Part shown: positions 22,116-22,778 of the stretch, piece by piece
Numbering within the stretch: the stretch's first letter is position 1
Layout: every line of letters begins with the position of its first letter
Source of the DNA: Candidatus Woesearchaeota archaeon
Lineage (GTDB): Archaea > Nanobdellota > Nanobdellia > Woesearchaeales > JAGVYF01
Length of the DNA: 22,778 bases
Assembly (NCBI GenBank): GCA_023264635.1
Contig: JAHFLT010000006.1
Coordinates: 33,730 to 56,507 of the forward strand
Direction: 5' to 3'
Notes under the pieces: generated by a model
Databases searched by the model: none
The model's input: only the letters and a program-made list of their open reading frames with translations
Told to the model about the DNA's origin: nothing
Program-made: the position numbers and the translations under genes

Positions 22116-22778
22116 TCACACACGCCATGTAACAGCAACATCATCAGTACGCCAATATGGCATAATTTTCGATTTTTCAATGGGCGTTACACGTCCAGCT
22201 TTATGTTCAATAGTGCCGAGCCACGCAATCATCGCACCATTATCGACGAGGAACTCATTTGCAGGGACAAAGCACTTTGCATGTCGCTCTTCACACATCT
22301 TCTTAGCCATTTCCTGTAATCGTGTATTGCATGCTACACCACCACCTAACAAAAGCTCGTTTTTTTCCGTGTGTGCCATGGCACGCTCGCTCACTTCCAG
22401 CGCCATCGCAAAAACTGTTTCCTGCGCAGAATATGCAAGGTCTTCTTTTGTATACTTGCCCGAGTCGTACTTCTGTTTGAGATTCGTCAGTATACCCCCA
22501 AAGCTGAGGTCCATTCCCTTGACTACATACGGGATTTGTATGAGTTTCTTTCCGTTGCATGCAAGCGCATCTATCTTTGGACCACCGGGAAAACCAAGTC
22601 CCATGTGTCGAGCTAACTGGTCGAGGAAGTTTCCAATGCCTATGTCCAATGTTTCGCCGAAGATACGATATTTGCCGCTTTCAAATGCTATTATCTGTGT
22701 ATTTGCTCCGGATACGTAAAGTAACACAGGATCTTTTGCTTGTGTTTTTATCCGTCCGATTTCGAGGTGAGCAATGCA
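22116..22778 (-). CDS. kae1: Kae1 (tRNA N6-adenosine threonylcarbamoyltransferase, KEOPS catalytic subunit), C-terminal part; the 5' end is off the window
   Basis: The reading frame stays open to the right window edge (...CIAHLEIGRIKTQAKDPVLLYVSGANTQIIAFESGKYRIFGETLDIGIGNFLDQLARHMGLGFPGGPKIDALA...). This matches the conserved Kae1/TsaD core. It ends without a fused Bud32 domain. Confidence 0.88.
   Translation of the reverse strand, partial: CIAHLEIGRIKTQAKDPVLLYVSGANTQIIAFESGKYRIFGETLDIGIGNFLDQLARHMGLGFPGGPKIDALACNGKKLIQIPYVVKGMDLSFGGILTNLKQKYDSGKYTKEDLAYSAQETVFAMALEVSERAMAHTEKNELLLGGGVACNTRLQEMAKKMCEERHAKCFVPANEFLVDNGAMIAWLGTIEHKAGRVTPIEKSKIMPYWRTDDVAVTWRV

Noticed and set aside
22180-22719. 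Plus-strand 179-aa ORF
   Set aside because: It is antisense to kae1, whose translation matches a highly conserved family.
1-22778. CRISPR arrays, rRNA genes, and TnpB/omega-RNA partners of the IS200 element
   Set aside because: Reading both strands, I found no regularly spaced repeat-spacer arrays, no rRNA-like conserved stretches and no large TnpB-like ORF next to tnpA. The only repeats are those reported as features.

Overview
This window reads as archaeal chromosome. The evidence is an AglB/STT3 gene with a WWDYG motif, an archaeal-type UMP kinase, Kae1, a tRNA with a non-canonical intron, and TATA boxes about 25-30 nt upstream of start codons. The lineage is probably an uncultivated, DPANN-like one, but I cannot confirm that without a search. 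The window has three parts. (1) Left edge, 1-2760: a partial macro-domain gene, then a cassette of an IS200/IS605-type tnpA plus a BRO-N/DinD-like gene. A perfect 187-bp direct repeat brackets the cassette and duplicates the 3' end of a small His-rich gene. (2) Centre, 2799-16458: a cell-envelope and N-glycosylation island. It holds a secreted 186-aa protein translationally coupled to a roughly 1,440-aa sequon-rich surface protein with a metzincin head and a pre-PGF-like domain. It also holds a convergent operon (membrane-anchored unknown, AglB, GT4), a 278-bp MITE with 15-bp inverted repeats and an 8-bp target duplication, pyrH, a pair of 4-TM ArnE/ArnF-like proteins, an orphan solute-binding protein and a six-hairpin glycosidase-like protein. 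(3) Right, 16657-22778: a 101-aa protein with 13 cysteines, a tRNA-Arg(CCU) interrupted in its D-loop by an intron of about 50 nt, and a tightly coupled six-gene operon. That operon encodes a HemK/Mtq2-like methyltransferase fused to a Bud32/RIO-like kinase domain, an unknown, a small SAM methyltransferase, an unknown with a Pro-rich plus helical tail, a MIT-like AAA+ ATPase and a radical SAM/SPASM-twitch enzyme. It converges on a partial kae1. The six-gene operon, with the nearby Cys-rich protein, is my best candidate for an undescribed system. All calls come from reading the sequence and translations by eye. No database search was run.
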